Shown: piece after piece, positions 16,402-20,000 of the stretch
How the letters are laid out: each line of letters begins with the position of its first letter
Numbering within the stretch: position 1 is the stretch's first letter
Source of the DNA: an uncultured Aquiluna sp.
GTDB lineage: Bacteria > Actinomycetota > Actinomycetes > Actinomycetales > Microbacteriaceae
DNA: 20,000 nucleotides
Direction: 5' to 3'
Assembly (NCBI GenBank): GCA_913775595.1
Contig: CAJYLB010000001.1
Span: forward strand, 1,045,135-1,065,134
The notes under the pieces: model-generated
Seen by the model: only the letters and a program-made list of their open reading frames with translations
The model's database searches: none
What the model was told of the DNA's origin: nothing
Program-made: the position numbers and the translations under genes

Positions 16402-17073
16402 ATGGGCCTGTTGGACAAGGCAGAGCAGCGCATTGAAGGCGCAGTGAGCTCACTCTTCTCCAAGCTCTCCAGAGCTGAGCTGCAGCCGGTAGAAATAACC
16501 CAGGCGGTTCGTTCGGCTATGGACCTTGCGGCAAAGGCAGACAGCGTTGGTTCAACCGTCGTCCCTCACCGCTACCTACTTGTGGTTCACAGCTCGGACG
16601 CTCAAAAAATAACCTCGTCAATGCTTTCGGCCATCAGAAGCGAAGTTGCCAAATACGCCTCCTCGCGCCAGTACCGCCTGGTTGACTCGATTGATCTAAC
16701 GGTCTCCGCGGATGACAAGATCTCAAAGGGTCGAATCCGGGTTGGGTCTCAGCCTGTCGACACATCGGTTGCCTGGAGGCCGGTGCTGACAATCGGCGAT
16801 AAAGAGTACGAGCTGAAGGTGGGGACATCCACGGTCGGCCGCGATGAGAAGGCGGACATCTGCGTAGACGATAGGGGCCTTAGCCGCATCCATTTTGAGA
16901 TTGCCTGGAACGGAGAGGTTGCAGCAATTAGAGACCTGCAGTCAACCAATGGTACGTTCCTTGACGGAGCTCGCGTGAATGAGCTGGTCCTCATCTCCGG
17001 TAGCACAATCTCGGCGGGAAGAACCGAGTTTCACTATCAACTGCTAGCGCTGGCGGGTGAGAGCAGTGAGTGA
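16402..17073 (+). CDS. fhaA: FhaA (DUF3662 + FHA domain)
   Basis: N-terminal MGLLDKAEQRIEGAV...F...ELQPVEI and C-terminal FHA (GR...SRIH...DLQSTNGT). Heads the fha-pstP-rodA operon, divergent from tRNA-Leu. Confidence 0.92.
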   Translation: MGLLDKAEQRIEGAVSSLFSKLSRAELQPVEITQAVRSAMDLAAKADSVGSTVVPHRYLLVVHSSDAQKITSSMLSAIRSEVAKYASSRQYRLVDSIDLTVSADDKISKGRIRVGSQPVDTSVAWRPVLTIGDKEYELKVGTSTVGRDEKADICVDDRGLSRIHFEIAWNGEVAAIRDLQSTNGTFLDGARVNELVLISGSTISAGRTEFHYQLLALAGESSE

Positions 17074-17554
17074 ACTTGCGCTGTTTCTGGTCCGCATCGG
17101 CTTTGTCGCGGTGCTTTGGATTTTTGTCCTGAGCCTGCTTTCAGTTATCCGAGCAGACCTTTATGGCCGCAGGGTAATTAGCCGACTCGCAAAGCAGAGT
17201 GCGCCGCAACTAAGCCAGGCGCCAGTTGCCGAGCTGGACATTGACGACAGCGATGCTTTTGAGCCGACGAAGATTCAAATGCTCACAGGCAGAAGCGCCG
17301 GAGAGAGCATCGATCTTGATGAAAAGAAGGAGATCACCATCGGCCGGTCACCGGGTTCTGATCTTGTGATTTCTGATGAGTTTGCATCGAACACCCACGC
17401 AAAACTGGTGCTTGTTGGTGACGAGTGGGTGCTGCAAGATCTGAACTCAACAAACGGCACTTTCATTGACGGTAAGCGCGTAACGACCCCCGTGACGATG
17501 ACGGCTGGGGCCACCATCAGAATCGGAACCACGACCTTCGATTTGAGGTCTTAG
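17066..17554 (+). CDS. fhaB: FhaB/FipA, membrane-anchored FHA-domain protein
   Basis: (M)SELALFLVRIGFVAVLWIFV...IRADL TM start and FHA motifs IGRS, ASNTHA, DLNSTNGT. GTG 17066 overlaps the 3' end of fhaA. Confidence 0.92.
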   Translation: MSELALFLVRIGFVAVLWIFVLSLLSVIRADLYGRRVISRLAKQSAPQLSQAPVAELDIDDSDAFEPTKIQMLTGRSAGESIDLDEKKEITIGRSPGSDLVISDEFASNTHAKLVLVGDEWVLQDLNSTNGTFIDGKRVTTPVTMTAGATIRIGTTTFDLRS

Positions 17555-17558
17555 TCAA

Positions 17559-18812
17559 TTGGCCATCAAAACCGTTAGCTATGCGGCCTCGGACATTGGA
17601 AAGCACCGCAGCTCAAACCAAGACTCCGGATATGCCGGTTACCAGCTCTTCTTTGTCGCAGATGGCATGGGTGGCCATGCAGGTGGTGATATTGCCAGCG
17701 CTATTTCGAGCCAGCGCATCGCACTCACAGACAACAAGTACGACAGCGTCGAAGAGGCGATTGAGACTCTAAAGCAGGGCGTTCTTGAGGCCAATGGCAT
17801 GCTCAACGAGACTGTCAAGGAACATCCCGAACTTGAGGGCATGGGCACGACATTCTCGGGCATGCTCATCCATGGCGATCAGATAATCACGGCTCACATC
17901 GGAGACTCCCGCATCTACCGGGTGCGCGATGGCGAGGTCAGCCAGATCACCACCGACCACACCTTCGTCCAGAGGCTCGTCGAGCTTGGCCGAATCACTC
18001 CTGAGGAGGCTTTGGTTCACCCCAGGCGCAGCGTTCTAATGCGCGTGCTGGGAGATGTTCAGGGAGAGCCGGAGCTTGACATTGCGCTATTCGATGCTCA
18101 GGTCGGCGACCGTTGGATGCTGTGCAGCGATGGGCTGTCGGGAGTGGTTCCCGAAGACGTGATGGAGCGAATCCTTTCTAGCAAGATCCCGACCGAGGAA
18201 GCTGCCGAGCTCTTGGTTGGTGAGGCGCTCGAGTTTGGTGCTCCGGATAACGTGACCGTCGTCGTTGCAGACATCATGCGCTCGGGAACCCAGGTTGACT
18301 TTGAGCCGGGAGCACAGTTTGTGGGTAGCGCCGCAAATGAGGTCGTTATCGAGGAGCGTCGTGGCGGCAAGATTCTCCAACTTCTGAACCCAAGAAGCCT
18401 GCTCGAGCTTTTGCAGACACCAGAAGACCCTGCCGAGTACAGGCCAGAGTCCGAAGAGGTGCTCGAGAAGATTCTCCTCGAGACCAGGCGAAAGATTCGC
18501 TGGCGCGGGGCCAGAACAATCCTTGGTTGGATCCTGCTGGCGGCAACCGTCATCGGCATTGGCTGGATTGCCTACAGCTACACCCAGACCAGGTACTACG
18601 TTGCCGAGTTCGAGGGTCAGGTAACTATTTATCAGGGCATCCGGGAGCAGCTCGGGCCGCTCAAGTTCTCTCAGCCTTATCAGGTGAGCGAGATTGACGT
18701 AGAGGAGCTTTCTCCTTTCCAACAGGAGCTCATTGATAGATCAATTTCCGCGGAGTCACTGGAGGATGCGCTTCGAATCCTAGGTCAGCTGGAGGCGAGC
18801 CTGGATGAGTAA
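17559..18812 (+). CDS. pstP: PP2C-family Ser/Thr phosphatase PstP
   Basis: Motifs SDIGKHRSSNQD, VADGMGGHAGG, GMGTT, HIGDSR, LCSDGL, GAPDNVT; a C-terminal TM and extracellular domain follow. TTG start. Confidence 0.95.
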   Translation: MAIKTVSYAASDIGKHRSSNQDSGYAGYQLFFVADGMGGHAGGDIASAISSQRIALTDNKYDSVEEAIETLKQGVLEANGMLNETVKEHPELEGMGTTFSGMLIHGDQIITAHIGDSRIYRVRDGEVSQITTDHTFVQRLVELGRITPEEALVHPRRSVLMRVLGDVQGEPELDIALFDAQVGDRWMLCSDGLSGVVPEDVMERILSSKIPTEEAAELLVGEALEFGAPDNVTVVVADIMRSGTQVDFEPGAQFVGSAANEVVIEERRGGKILQLLNPRSLLELLQTPEDPAEYRPESEEVLEKILLETRRKIRWRGARTILGWILLAATVIGIGWIAYSYTQTRYYVAEFEGQVTIYQGIREQLGPLKFSQPYQVSEIDVEELSPFQQELIDRSISAESLEDALRILGQLEASLDE

Positions 18813-20000
18813 CCTCAGCCTCACCAGTGCAATACCCAACCTGATTCGGGCGGTTCCGCGCTCTAGGAACTTCGAAGCGGTTCTGATTTTCTGGGTAGCG
18901 GGCATTCACGCCTTCGCCCTGGCCCAGATACAGCTTTCCATTATCCAAATCATGACCTGGGAGTTGCTGCTTTACTGGGCACCCCCAACCCTGACAGCGA
19001 TGATTGTCCACTGGGTACTAAGAAAGTATGCGATGAAGGCCGACGGCCTGATGCTCCCTCTGGCCTTTTTGCTCAACGGGCTCGGCATTGCCATGATCTA
19101 CCGGCTAGATCTTGCGGAATTAGCCGCTGGTGGTAGTGACCTGTTCGCTCAGCGCCAGGTGTGGCTCAGCTGCTTCGCAATGCTCATTGCTGCTCTGGTA
19201 ATCAGAGTGGTTCCGAATCACCTCACGCTCAGGCGCTTCCCCTTCATCTCGGGGCTGGCTGCGGTAGTGCTGTTGCTGCTACCAGCGGCTCCCGTCATTG
19301 GCAGAACAGTCAACGGAGCAACCCTGTGGGTTGGCACCGATGAGTTGAGCTTCCAACCCGGTGAGATTGCAAAGATTCTCCTCGCAATCTTTTTTGCGGG
19401 CTACCTGGTATCTAGGCAAGGCTCTCTGGCCGAGATTGGTTCGAGGGTTATGGGAATCAAGGTTCCCAGGGCCAAGGACCTCGGGCCAATTTTGCTGTTT
19501 TGGTTCGCCTCGCTCGGAGTGCTAATCATTCAGCGTGACCTGGGAACTTCGATTTTGTATTTCGGGCTGTTTTTGGTCATGGTGTACACGGCCACCGGTA
19601 GGGGTTTCTACATCGGCGCCGGGCTTGTGATGATGGTGACCGGAGCTCTAGTCGCCTCAAGATTCTTTGACTATGTCGAGAGACGGTTTGAGGTTTGGCT
19701 TGACCCATTTTCTAGTGCCAACTACAACTCAATCGGCGGTAGCTATCAGCTGGTCCAGGGCATGTTTGGCATGGCCCACGGCGATGTCATCGGGACCGGC
19801 CTCGGTGGTGGTTTTCCTCAGCTGATCCCGCTCGCGGAGAGCGACTTTATCTTTGCAGCACTTGGCGAAGAGCTTGGGCTTGCGGGTGTCTTTGTGATCC
19901 TTGCTGTCTATCTACTGCTGGTTTACAGGGGTCTAAGGATTGCCAATAGCCACCCGGATGACTTTTCAAAGCTCTTAGCACTCGGGTTGGCATTTGTCAT
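18805..20000 (+). CDS. rodA: SEDS-family peptidoglycan polymerase RodA (FtsW/RodA/SpoVE); 3' truncated by the window edge
   Basis: Absent from the ORF track because there is no stop in the window. Manual translation from ATG 18805 gives MSNLSLTSAIPNL..., LLNGLGIAMIYRLD, SFQPGEIAK, QRDLGT, SYQLVQG, AESDFIFAALGEELG. It follows pstP as in the canonical operon. Confidence 0.93.
   Translation, partial: MSNLSLTSAIPNLIRAVPRSRNFEAVLIFWVAGIHAFALAQIQLSIIQIMTWELLLYWAPPTLTAMIVHWVLRKYAMKADGLMLPLAFLLNGLGIAMIYRLDLAELAAGGSDLFAQRQVWLSCFAMLIAALVIRVVPNHLTLRRFPFISGLAAVVLLLLPAAPVIGRTVNGATLWVGTDELSFQPGEIAKILLAIFFAGYLVSRQGSLAEIGSRVMGIKVPRAKDLGPILLFWFASLGVLIIQRDLGTSILYFGLFLVMVYTATGRGFYIGAGLVMMVTGALVASRFFDYVERRFEVWLDPFSSANYNSIGGSYQLVQGMFGMAHGDVIGTGLGGGFPQLIPLAESDFIFAALGEELGLAGVFVILAVYLLLVYRGLRIANSHPDDFSKLLALGLAFV

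Noticed and set aside
15887..16453. ORFs spanning the tRNA (15887..16327 + and 16127..16453 -)
   Set aside because: They read through the tRNA-Leu gene and TRIC coding sequence and are artefacts.
18087..18722. 211-aa and 153-aa minus-strand ORFs opposite pstP
   Set aside because: Antisense shadows with no domain features or translation signals.
1..20000. CRISPR array, IS element, integrase or rRNA
   Set aside because: No regularly spaced repeats, transposase or recombinase motifs, or rRNA-like sequence were seen; known genes account for almost all of the window.

Overview
The window looks like chromosomal DNA of an actinobacterium with compact gene packing, plausibly a streamlined Microbacteriaceae-type organism (inferred from protein sequences and gene order). 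It contains, in order: the 3' end of gcvP; a Doc-type toxin/RHH-like antitoxin pair; a histidine-utilisation cluster (hutU-hutI-hutH divergent from an IclR regulator and hutG); a PIN toxin/Phd-YefM antitoxin pair; purS-purQ-purL; a ~4.8 kb stretch of envelope genes; tRNA-Leu(CAG); and the conserved fhaA-fhaB-pstP-rodA operon, which runs off the right edge. The envelope stretch encodes a four-repeat Ltp-like surface protein, a membrane-anchored alpha/beta hydrolase, NfeD-SPFH, a His-rich secreted orphan and a TRIC/UPF0126 protein. Three signals stand out. (i) A DnaA-box-containing motif occurs three times in the same orientation, at the junctions of the TA and hut modules. (ii) A tandemly duplicated Ltp (superinfection-exclusion-like) protein sits in a non-phage context. 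(iii) The His-rich secreted orphan has a ribosome-binding site buried in a switchable hairpin, downstream of an 11-bp tandem repeat. All calls come from reading the sequence by eye; no database searches were run.
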